A DNA stretch of 64,000 nucleotides from a bacterium BMS3Abin11 (GCA_002897635.1 BDTD01000009.1:54754-118753); one strand, 5' to 3'; positions 42,683 to 51,090 are shown, counted from the first letter of the stretch. Numbers and translations: made by a program. The notes: generated by a model not told the origin, from the sequence alone.

Positions 42683-44015
42683 AGTCATCCTCCAGCCGGA
42701 TAATATCGTCTTCCCCGAAATAATCTCCCATCTGCACCTCGACCAGAACCAGCGGGATATCACCGGGGTTCGTGATCCTGTGCACTGCACCCTTTGGGAC
42801 ATCCACGGACTGCCCCGGCCTGAGCGGGATTTCCTGATCCCCCACGGTGACCAGCGCTTCGCCACTGACCACGGTCCAGTGCTCGGCCCGGCGCCGGTGC
42901 TTCTGCAGGCTCAGCCGCTGGCCCGGTTGGACGATGATCTCCTTGATTTTGTGATCATCCCGCTCGAGCAGGTTTTCATAGTGTCCCCACGGCCGATAGT
43001 TCTCCCGCTGGTCGAGGATGCTCTGGTAGACCTCCAGGTAGGCGCGTGCCATGTGCCGGCTGGTAAAGCGCTGTTCCACCTCGTCCCGGCAGGCGCGCCG
43101 GTCGAGCGAATCAATCCTGTCCACCGCCTGTACCGCGGCGTTCACATCGGCCACGATGAATCCCGTCTGGCCGTCGCGAATGAGTTCCGGCATTGAGCCC
43201 CGCCCATAGGCGATCACCGGCGTGCCACAGGCCATGGACTCGACCACGCTCAACCCGAACGGTTCGTCGAAGTGAATCAGGTGCAACAACCCCAGCGCAC
43301 CGCCCAGAAGTTCCTGTCTCTTCTCCGGCCCGACGGAGCCAACATATTCCACCATGGATCCATCGATGTGCGGCTCGACCTGTTCCTGGAAGTATGCCTC
43401 GTCCTGCACGATCCCGGCAATCACCAGCCGTAGTCCGGCCCTGCGCGCCACCTCAATGGCATCGTGGACACCCTTATGGTGGTGGATACGCCCGAAGAAC
43501 AACAGGTAGTCTCCCGCGTCTTCGCGGTAGGGGAATTGTGCGAGATCGATGCCATGATGGATGGTTGCGGCGTAATCGAGTTCACAGCTCCTGTCGGCCT
43601 CACTAATGGCCACATAATAGGTGCTGTCATTGTACTTTTTATAAACGGGCAAAATCGACGGCGAAGAGAATCCATGGATCGTCGTGACCAGCGGTGTAGG
43701 GGTAAAACCGCTGTAACTGAGCGGCAGAAAATCGAACTGGTTGTGGATGAGGTCGAACTCATCCGCCCGCCTGAACACCTCGGCGATATGCAGGCATTCC
43801 CAGACCTTGGGATCAATCGAGGGGTCTTCTGAGTAAGGGCGTTCACAAACCCAGGAAAGTTTACCACGGGTAATGGAATCCCCGGTCGCAAACAGTGTCA
43901 CATCGACACCCATCGCCACCAGCTGTTCTGTCAGGAGGCTGACCACATTTTCCCACGGCCCGTAATGGCGTGGGGGTGTGCGCCAGGACAAGGGACTCAA
44001 CATCGCAATCTTCAT
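42669..44015 (-). CDS. GT4 glycosyltransferase fused to a C-terminal mannose-6-phosphate-isomerase-type cupin
   Basis: GT-B/GT4 core (E..GG motif region, EPFGLSVVESMACGTPVIA) followed by the cupin HRRRAEHWTVVSGEALVTVGDQEIPLRPGQSVDVPKGAVHRITN. Confidence 0.7.
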   Translation of the reverse strand: MKIAMLSPLSWRTPPRHYGPWENVVSLLTEQLVAMGVDVTLFATGDSITRGKLSWVCERPYSEDPSIDPKVWECLHIAEVFRRADEFDLIHNQFDFLPLSYSGFTPTPLVTTIHGFSSPSILPVYKKYNDSTYYVAISEADRSCELDYAATIHHGIDLAQFPYREDAGDYLLFFGRIHHHKGVHDAIEVARRAGLRLVIAGIVQDEAYFQEQVEPHIDGSMVEYVGSVGPEKRQELLGGALGLLHLIHFDEPFGLSVVESMACGTPVIAYGRGSMPELIRDGQTGFIVADVNAAVQAVDRIDSLDRRACRDEVEQRFTSRHMARAYLEVYQSILDQRENYRPWGHYENLLERDDHKIKEIIVQPGQRLSLQKHRRRAEHWTVVSGEALVTVGDQEIPLRPGQSVDVPKGAVHRITNPGDIPLVLVEVQMGDYFGEDDIIRLEDDYDRS

Positions 44016-44327
44016 AAAAGAGGCCTGCGTGAACACCTGCGCGCGATCCACGCGCCAGCGGGGTGTTGTTATGATCAGGAACAAATCTGATAGCACAGTA
44101 ACACGATTTGCCTGACGGGCTACAATAACAAAACACCTGACAAAACGAAACCACCGCCCATTCAGATAAGGCTTGGACAGGGTGGAAATTTTACCCTTGC
44201 TGCCGCTAAAGATAGTATAGTGTGTTGAAACAAAAATAGTCTAATCTATTGCCAATTCAACTATAATCCGATATAGCCTGCCACGCAGACCGAACCAGGC
44301 GCAGAGGGCTTGTACCACGTGGAAGCA

Positions 44328-45812
44328 ATGAAAATGGAAAGCAGACCTGACCCCACCACTCCACTCGCGCGGCGCAAGTCGATCGTGATGAAGGCGAAGA
44401 TCAGTCGCGTCATTACCCGGCCGTATCTGCCGTCCGGTGAAGAACGCATCCAAAAAGTTATCCAGCGGGTGTTGAGCCTGGACGAGAATGAGGCGGATAC
44501 GGTGCTGGAAACCCTCTTGCAGGATTTTTCCCACCGCCACCGCTACTTCAGGGAGACCCTGGAGCAAAATTTTGCACGGGTAGCTGACTTTTTGCCGGAT
44601 ATCGATCAGGTATCGAAGCAACGGCGGCTTCTGATCGGCGCGTACTTTACCGCGGAATACTCAGTGGAGGCGGCGGCGTTGTTCAATCCCTCAATCGTTC
44701 AGGTTCCGAACCAGGAGGCGGATCCTGAAGGCACCTGCCGGTTTGTTATGAGCTTCCGTGCCACTGGTGAAGGCCACATCTCCTCCATCGAGTTTCGCAG
44801 CGGGGTTATCGATACCAACAACGATATCTACTTCGATGGCCTGAGCGACTACGTAGCAACCCCGGAAATCCACCCCAACCCAAGCTATGACCGGCACCTG
44901 TTTCGGCTGAAACTCCAGGAGATGGGGGCGAATAATGCGGTAACGCACCAGCTTCTAAACAGGCTGCCGGACAATTTCACCTTCAACGATCTGCAGGGAA
45001 AGATCGCCGAACTCCAGAACAACGGCCAGTTTCCGCCACAGGAGCAGACGGATGCCATTGACATGGCAATGTGGCTGGCGCAATCCAATTACCAGATTTT
45101 GTTTCGCAAGGAACACGCAATTTCCGAGCGGGTGATCTTTCCCGTGTCGGAATCCGAGCGCAAGGGGATCGAGGATGCCCGCTTTGTACGTTTCGTCGAC
45201 GACGACGGCACGGCGGTCTACTACGCCACCTATACCGCGTACAACGGAGAGACGATCCTGCCGCAACTCATCGAGACCCGCGATTTCCTCTCCTTCAAGC
45301 ACATTACGCTGAATGGAGCCCAGGTACAGGGCAAGGGCATGGCCCTGTTCCCGAGAAAGATTGGGGGCAACTACGTGATGCTGTCGCGCCAGGATGGTGA
45401 GAACAATACCATCATGTTCTCGGACAACCTGCACTTCTGGCAGCAGGCCCAGATTCTTCAGGAGCCTGAGTTCCCCTATGAATTCATACAGATGGGCAAC
45501 AGCGGCTCACCCATCGAGATGCCCGAAGGCTGGCTGGTCGTGACCCACGGGGTGGGTCCGATGCGGACCTACAGCCTCGGCATCGAGTTGCTCGACCTGG
45601 ACGACCCGACCCGGATCATCAACCGGATTGAGGAGCCGATCCTGGTGCCGAATGCGTATGAGCGGGAGGGGTATGTCCCGAACGTGGTTTACAGTTGTGG
45701 CGCACTCATCCACCAGGACGAATTGATCATCCCCTACGCCTCGGGCGACCAGCGCTGCGGCATAGCAACCCTGCAGCTACCACAGCTGATGGCCAGGCTG
45801 ACAGCACGGTAG
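44328..45812 (+). CDS. GH130-like beta-propeller protein with an uncharacterised about 250-aa N-terminal extension
   Basis: C-terminal about 240 aa shows GH130/DUF377-like blocks (GIEDARFVRFVDDDG...YYATYTAYNG, GWLVVTHGVG, PNVVYSCGA). I recognise no family for the N-terminal half. The ATG at 44328 follows a GGAAG RBS; the listed ORF starts at an upstream TTG. Confidence 0.6.
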   Translation: MKMESRPDPTTPLARRKSIVMKAKISRVITRPYLPSGEERIQKVIQRVLSLDENEADTVLETLLQDFSHRHRYFRETLEQNFARVADFLPDIDQVSKQRRLLIGAYFTAEYSVEAAALFNPSIVQVPNQEADPEGTCRFVMSFRATGEGHISSIEFRSGVIDTNNDIYFDGLSDYVATPEIHPNPSYDRHLFRLKLQEMGANNAVTHQLLNRLPDNFTFNDLQGKIAELQNNGQFPPQEQTDAIDMAMWLAQSNYQILFRKEHAISERVIFPVSESERKGIEDARFVRFVDDDGTAVYYATYTAYNGETILPQLIETRDFLSFKHITLNGAQVQGKGMALFPRKIGGNYVMLSRQDGENNTIMFSDNLHFWQQAQILQEPEFPYEFIQMGNSGSPIEMPEGWLVVTHGVGPMRTYSLGIELLDLDDPTRIINRIEEPILVPNAYEREGYVPNVVYSCGALIHQDELIIPYASGDQRCGIATLQLPQLMARLTAR

Positions 45813-45828
45813 GGAATGGTAGTCGTCG

Positions 45829-48198
45829 CTATTCCGACGATACTTTCTGAACATCAAGCCGGGTGGGCTCTTCCTCCGGTGTAACCCGATCCCAGCTGCG
45901 GTGGTTATAGACGGCGAGCAGCGCCATGAGCCAGCAAAGCGTGGACTCTGCGCCCTGATTTTCATTCGCGCCCTGCGCTTCCAGCCCGTCCCGGCAGCCG
46001 CCGGTCGCATAATCGCAGAGCGGAACCCCCAGATCGTTCTCGCCTTGGTACCAGTTGAGACAACGGTAGGCATAGGTAATCCATTCCTCATCCCGCGTGC
46101 AGTTGAATGCCTCGATACAGGCGTCCACCATCGCGGCCGCCTCGATGGGTTGTTGATCGAATCGCGCTTTTTCGCCGCCTCTGGGAAACCAGCCGTGATT
46201 GCCGATAGCGACAAAGTGCCGGCCCTTCTCATCGGTCTGAACCTGCTTCAACCAGTCGAGAGAGCGCAACCCCATCTCCAGCATCTCGCTGTCGGGAAGC
46301 CACTGCCCAGACAGCAGTAAAGCCTGTGGCAACCGGGCATTGTCGTAGGTCAGGATGTTGTCACACCAGGGCCAGTCTTCGCTGGCGCACCCCAAGGGCA
46401 CTTCCTGCGGGGCGAAATCCCTGAACCGCTGCATCAGTCGTTCCGAGAGTATCTTGCGCATCATTTTCGCGCGGCTGTCCCCGCTGTAGCGGCCCAGATA
46501 GGCATGAATACCGATAATGGCGAAGGCAATCGCCCGTGGGTGGGTGAAATGTTCGGTGGCGTCCAGTGCACGATGGAACAGGTCGACCGAAAAACCCACC
46601 TGCCCCTTATCCCGCCCCAATGCCACTGCGACGCCCAGCCCCCACACCGCACGACCGTGGGAGTCCTCCGAACCTGTTCCCTCTAGCCAGTAGCGATCAT
46701 AGGACATAAAGTTGCGGAAGCGGCCGGTCTGGTCATTGAAGGCGTGACCCAGAAAACTCAGATAAGTGGCGGCAAGGCCGCTTTGTGCTGAATCCAGAGG
46801 CTGGAGGTCCTGTAGCGTGACCGCGACGATCAACGCGCGGGCATTATCGTCCACGCAATAGCCGTGTGTCCGGTCTGCAACCGTGTACTTGGCGTGTTGC
46901 AACATACCCGTGTCATCGGTCATCCGGCGTAAATAGTCCAGCTTGATCTCCGGTAGCCGTTGCTGGCGTAGTCCGAGGGTCTCCAGCCCGCGCCTGGGTA
47001 CGTTCTTCCTCAATCGCTGTCGTTTGGCTTCTGCAAAGGTGTCGAGATAGCGGCGGCCTACATCACTCCAGACCATTTTGCGACCGTATTGATAGGCCCT
47101 CTCCTGGATGGCGCGGCACTCATCGGGATGATCCAGGAGGTCGATGACTTCCCGCGCCAGAGCGGCCTGATCCCGGAATGGAACCAGCCTGCCCCGATCA
47201 TCAGCGAGCAACTCCTGAGCGTGCCAGAAGGGTGTGGATATCACCGCTTTGCCCATCCCAAGCGCATAGGCAAGCGTGCCGGAAATAATCTGCGCCTCAT
47301 TCAGGTACGGAGTGACATAAATATCTGCCACACCGATAAACTCCAGCAGATCTTCGTCGGCAACGAAACGATCATGAAAAACAATGTGCTCCGAAACGCC
47401 GAGTTCTTTTGCACGCCTGTGAAGGCTGTTTCTGTAATCCTCCCCATCTTCCATCTTAAGGTGCGGATGGGTGGCGCCTACCACCATATAGATGACCTGC
47501 GGGTGGGCCTTCACGATCTCCGGCAAGGCATCTATGACCACCTCAATGCCCTTGCCCGGCGAAAGCAGGCCGAAGGTCAGGATGACTTTCTTTCCGGATA
47601 CGCCGAACTTGTCCTTGTAGGCATCGGATTTGACAAACGGCACGTCAGGGATGCCATGATGTATAAGGACAATCTTCTCCTCCGGCACCTGGTAGATATC
47701 GCGCAGGAATTCGACTGAGCGTTCACTCATCACCACCAGCCGGTCTGAGAACTCGGCAAGTTGCATCATGATGTGCCGGTCCTGAAGGTTCGGATCCTTC
47801 AGGATTGTGTGCAGAGTCGTCACAACCGGCATATTGAGATTACGCAGCAGCTCGATAATAAAGCTGCCCCGCTTGCCACCAAAAATACCGTATTCATGCT
47901 GGAGACAGATCACATCCACCTGGTTAAGGTTGCATAAGTCGGCCGCCAGGCTGTATTCGTTCAGTTGAGACTGGTTGATCTCGAAGCGCACCTGAGACGG
48001 GTAGGAATAGCCTGTTGGCCGGTCGTTCATTGCGACCGCCCAACAGGCTTTGTCCGGTGCATTCAGCGCGATGGATTCAAGCAGGTGGGTGGTGAACGTG
48101 GCGATACCACACTGCCGGGGGAGGTGGTTGCCGATGAGGACGATCGACTTGAGAGCCTCCCATTCTGGTCTTGAGCCTGTCGTGCCGAAGTTATCCAT
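45829..48198 (-). CDS. 789-aa fusion: N-terminal GT4 glycosyltransferase plus C-terminal about 400-aa alpha/alpha-barrel glycoside-hydrolase-like domain
   Basis: N-terminal half has GT4 features (GG-loop, FGLLSPGKGIEV, E..G..V.ST). The C-terminal half (HGYCVDDNARAL..., ENQGAEST) tentatively resembles (alpha/alpha)6 hydrolases. Confidence 0.6.
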   Translation of the reverse strand: MDNFGTTGSRPEWEALKSIVLIGNHLPRQCGIATFTTHLLESIALNAPDKACWAVAMNDRPTGYSYPSQVRFEINQSQLNEYSLAADLCNLNQVDVICLQHEYGIFGGKRGSFIIELLRNLNMPVVTTLHTILKDPNLQDRHIMMQLAEFSDRLVVMSERSVEFLRDIYQVPEEKIVLIHHGIPDVPFVKSDAYKDKFGVSGKKVILTFGLLSPGKGIEVVIDALPEIVKAHPQVIYMVVGATHPHLKMEDGEDYRNSLHRRAKELGVSEHIVFHDRFVADEDLLEFIGVADIYVTPYLNEAQIISGTLAYALGMGKAVISTPFWHAQELLADDRGRLVPFRDQAALAREVIDLLDHPDECRAIQERAYQYGRKMVWSDVGRRYLDTFAEAKRQRLRKNVPRRGLETLGLRQQRLPEIKLDYLRRMTDDTGMLQHAKYTVADRTHGYCVDDNARALIVAVTLQDLQPLDSAQSGLAATYLSFLGHAFNDQTGRFRNFMSYDRYWLEGTGSEDSHGRAVWGLGVAVALGRDKGQVGFSVDLFHRALDATEHFTHPRAIAFAIIGIHAYLGRYSGDSRAKMMRKILSERLMQRFRDFAPQEVPLGCASEDWPWCDNILTYDNARLPQALLLSGQWLPDSEMLEMGLRSLDWLKQVQTDEKGRHFVAIGNHGWFPRGGEKARFDQQPIEAAAMVDACIEAFNCTRDEEWITYAYRCLNWYQGENDLGVPLCDYATGGCRDGLEAQGANENQGAESTLCWLMALLAVYNHRSWDRVTPEEEPTRLDVQKVSSE

Positions 48199-48529
48199 AG
48201 ACGCCTTTTTTTTGCCGGTATTGTTGTGCCGGTGGGTGAATGATTCGATGTTGATACTCCAGTAGTCGAATGCCGCCAGATTGAGAAGCGTACTGCCACT
48301 CGTCAGCTGCCCCTATCTTACATGAATTCAAGGTGATTGGTCGGCTGGACGCCAGGCACCGCAAAACCAGACCACACGTTTTTAAGGTACGTGATATTTT
48401 TAACGCCGATGGGCGGTTACACACCTGCCTTTTTCACGTACGGTATTTTTTTAGAGACACCCTCATCTCGTTGGCGATGTGCTCGAAAGCCTCATACAAT
48501 AAGTTAAAAGCCCCCTACTACAACTTACA

Positions 48530-49726
48530 TCATAATTCCATTATTCCTGACACATTAGGGTGCCTATCAACACGATAGCCTGATTCAACCACGAACTGTG
48601 TCCCAAACATCTTTAAGTTTTCAACTAAATTTTTGCAATATTGAAACCCCGTCTGAGCATCCATTCTTTCCTGGTGTAGGCTTTTTTGCAGCTCGGTTTC
48701 AGATAAATTATCTGCCAGACAGGTCACACTCGTCGGTTTTTTGTTATAAACGTGCGTGTTTAGATCGCTCTCGGCTCGATGCCCCTGAGCATAATAATCC
48801 ACAACCATCTGTATGGCTAAAAATTGGACTTGCGGTTTTTCACTACCCAGCATCAAGAGATCAAAAAATATTTTTGGTAAGTTGAGATCACCCTGACCCA
48901 TTTGAACTCCCAGCTGTGCCCAATATTTGTCGCTCCTGGCTATGAGGACATCCTTGCAATGCGCACCGCGAATATATTCCTGTAAAACCATTATATCGTC
49001 TAACGGCTCTCGGCCAGCTGTAACGGGATTGCCAAAGTCAAACAAAATACCAAGACTGGGATTATTGACGGCCTTAACAATTTCCAGCATTTCAGGACCT
49101 GTTAAGAATTCGTGTTGCTCCAGAAGAAGTTCAATACCCCATTTTTCCACCAATTCAGCGGCGTAACAAAGATCTTTAATCGCTTGCTCGACAATTTCAG
49201 AAAAAGTGCCACCCAATCTGATGTAGCAACGAATAACCGGAACGCCCATGGCACGGGCAACGCGAACCGCTTCTTCAATTTCGCTTTTATCCGTGGAACT
49301 AATATCTATCTGTAAGTCGAGCCTGCGCTCTTTTTTCTGGTATGCAAGATCACGCAGATATTCGTCCGATTCACCTGTCAAGCAAATACAAGGATCGCCT
49401 TTGGCTACATGGAGTTGCGCGCCCGCAAATCCCCACTTTCGCGCATAGGCTAAAAATTCATCGATGGTCAGCTGGTCATGCTTGAAATTAAGCTCCAGAC
49501 TATAACGGTTTAAATACCAAATAATATCATCAACCCGAGTGACAATTATTTTTGCCAAATTTTGATCCAGTATTGGAATTGGAATTCCAGCTACAGGGCC
49601 TCCCGATGGGTTAAGGAATTCCTGGAATTGTTGATTTGCGATCACGCTAGAAGGGGTAAATGTTGATTCATTTATTTTGCCAAACTTGTTAAAATTATTC
49701 ATTTTTAGTCCTGTAATGATTGCCAT
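48530..49726 (-). CDS. sugar-phosphate isomerase/epimerase family protein (xylose-isomerase-like TIM barrel)
   Basis: 398 aa, AP-endonuclease-2 / XylA-like TIM-barrel blocks (E...H..D.G.G...E). Longer than typical family members at both ends. Confidence 0.6.
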   Translation of the reverse strand: MAIITGLKMNNFNKFGKINESTFTPSSVIANQQFQEFLNPSGGPVAGIPIPILDQNLAKIIVTRVDDIIWYLNRYSLELNFKHDQLTIDEFLAYARKWGFAGAQLHVAKGDPCICLTGESDEYLRDLAYQKKERRLDLQIDISSTDKSEIEEAVRVARAMGVPVIRCYIRLGGTFSEIVEQAIKDLCYAAELVEKWGIELLLEQHEFLTGPEMLEIVKAVNNPSLGILFDFGNPVTAGREPLDDIMVLQEYIRGAHCKDVLIARSDKYWAQLGVQMGQGDLNLPKIFFDLLMLGSEKPQVQFLAIQMVVDYYAQGHRAESDLNTHVYNKKPTSVTCLADNLSETELQKSLHQERMDAQTGFQYCKNLVENLKMFGTQFVVESGYRVDRHPNVSGIMEL

Positions 49727-49982
49727 CTACAACGTAGGCGTTCTACCTGGCGTGGTTAGCCTTGCTCTACGAGATTTTAACTATTTAAGGGAATTCTAAA
49801 TATGAAATGTGTCAGTTTGACTACATTGAAATGATTAGAGCGAGAATACGTCTGTTCGTTGGAGCAACATAACGGGTTAATCCAAGTTCCCCTAGATCGT
49901 GGGACTCATCAAAAAGAGGTTATGGCGTCACTTTTCTCTGGTTGAAAAATTGTTAAATTATTCGTAACTATTCGATCTAATC

Positions 49983-50121
49983 AACCTGAATTCGGGATAA
50001 GAAAAACCGGTTTCATTACCGGGGCATTAAGCATTCTCTCATACGTAAACACTTAATTTTGTTCTTACCGTCTTTTATTCGGGAGTCTGAACGGCTTAAT
50101 TTCTTATCCCGAATTCAGGTT
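49983..50121. repeat. perfect 22-bp inverted repeat pair (AACCTGAATTCGGGATAAGAAA) flanking a 95-bp spacer
   Basis: 49983-50004 is the exact reverse complement of 50100-50121. Lies in a 630-bp ORF-free stretch. Confidence 0.6.
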
Positions 50122-50340
50122 AATCAAAGATATCGACACTGACTTTAGATCGGGTTACGAAGAAACTCAAGAGTCCCGAATTCTTACCCGGACGTGATGC
50201 GGAAAACGTCCATTCTATCAAGGTCTTGTCTTTGAGCAATGAATTTCGCAAAGCTATGGCTGTGAGAGTTCGCCAAGAGAAATTCTACGAATATCTCGTT
50301 CGGTAATACTTCCAGAAGTGATTACCTGGGGTTTGATGAC

Positions 50341-50457
50341 ATGGTGATTGGCGATCCAGGGCAAATAAGCCCGGTGCCCGAACCCGCCACCCTCGCACTA
50401 TTCGGCATCGGTCTTGCTGGTCTGGGATTTGCCCGAAAGAAAAGAAAATCTGCATAA
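50341..50457 (+). pseudogene. orphan PEP-CTERM sorting-signal remnant (38 codons)
   Basis: Encodes MVIGDPGQISPVPEPATLALFGIGLAGLGFARKKRKSA*: a PEP motif, a hydrophobic helix and a basic tail. The frame is closed by TGA 27 codons upstream of the ATG, with no signal peptide or mature domain. A terminator follows. Confidence 0.55.
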
Positions 50458-50466
50458 CTTCAACTT

Positions 50467-50490
50467 AACCCGCTTCGGCGGGTTTTTTAT
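50467..50490 (+). terminator. rho-independent terminator
   Basis: AACCCGCTTCGGCGGGTTTTTT: GC stem, a 4-nt loop, then a T-run. Confidence 0.7.
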
Positions 50491-50599
50491 TGTCTGATTA
50501 TCTGGTGTGGTAAGTGCCCGGTTGTGGCCGATAAAAGGCCTTCTCTGAGAGTATAGAAGATATAGAGAGTATAGGAAGAATAAACACCCTTTTTGACCA

Positions 50600-50950
50600 A
50601 GTCCAGCGGCCGTTCACAGCCTATGCCCTGCGCGGTAGCCGTTCGACGCCGAGGAACCCGGCCTGAATTCCGCTTCCAGCGCCAACAATCGAGGATCTTC
50701 TGGATCACCACCGGATCTTCGATGCAGGCGAGAGCCTGCCTCGCGAGCGTAGCGAGTGCTTTGGGCATGACTTTGACTGGCCACCGCATTCACGACACGT
50801 CTCGATGTCGATGCCGAAAACCCGCTTCAGGCGCTGCGCCCAGGTTAATGCCAGGGTGGCATGTATCACTCCCACTCGATTGTAAACGAGCCGGGAAAAG
50901 CCAGTATTGGTGCGGGTTTCAGTGTGGTCATAAGTATCAATACCATGAAA
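50600..50950 (-). pseudogene. IS91-family transposase C-terminal remnant (frameshifted)
   Basis: Minus-strand translation gives ...LTWAQRLKRVFGIDIETCRECGGQ... in one frame and ...ACIEDPVVIQKIL... in another, resembling my recollection of the IS91-family C-terminal region. High G+C like the 41.4-kb fragment. Confidence 0.45.
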
Positions 50951-51090
50951 AATACCATGATAAATGTTTATTGCTAATTACCACTATCCAAAGCCAGCGC
51001 CGTGGCAGATACCATTCCCGACTACCTTTACAATAGACCTATATATGGACTATATTTAGTACCAATTAAACCGGCGAGGAAATACAAACC

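Noticed and set aside
41934-43891. Numerous 60-194-aa ORFs on both strands across the high-G+C block
   Set aside because: High-GC DNA yields long spurious open frames. The frames with GH130, GT4 and cupin motifs account for the region.
49727-50340. Candidate housekeeping ncRNA (tmRNA, RNase P, 6S) in the 630-bp ORF-free stretch
   Set aside because: None of the conserved tmRNA or RNase P sequence blocks I know are present (for example GGGGCTGATTCTGGATTCGACGGG, or AGGAAAGTCCGGGCTCC). The region is better explained as decayed coding sequence plus a MITE-like inverted repeat. A covariance-model scan would be needed to exclude an ncRNA.
50593-51036. 147-aa plus-strand ORF
   Set aside because: Cys/Arg-rich with no motifs. 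The opposite strand carries the IS91-like remnant, so this is likely a shadow of decayed transposase sequence.
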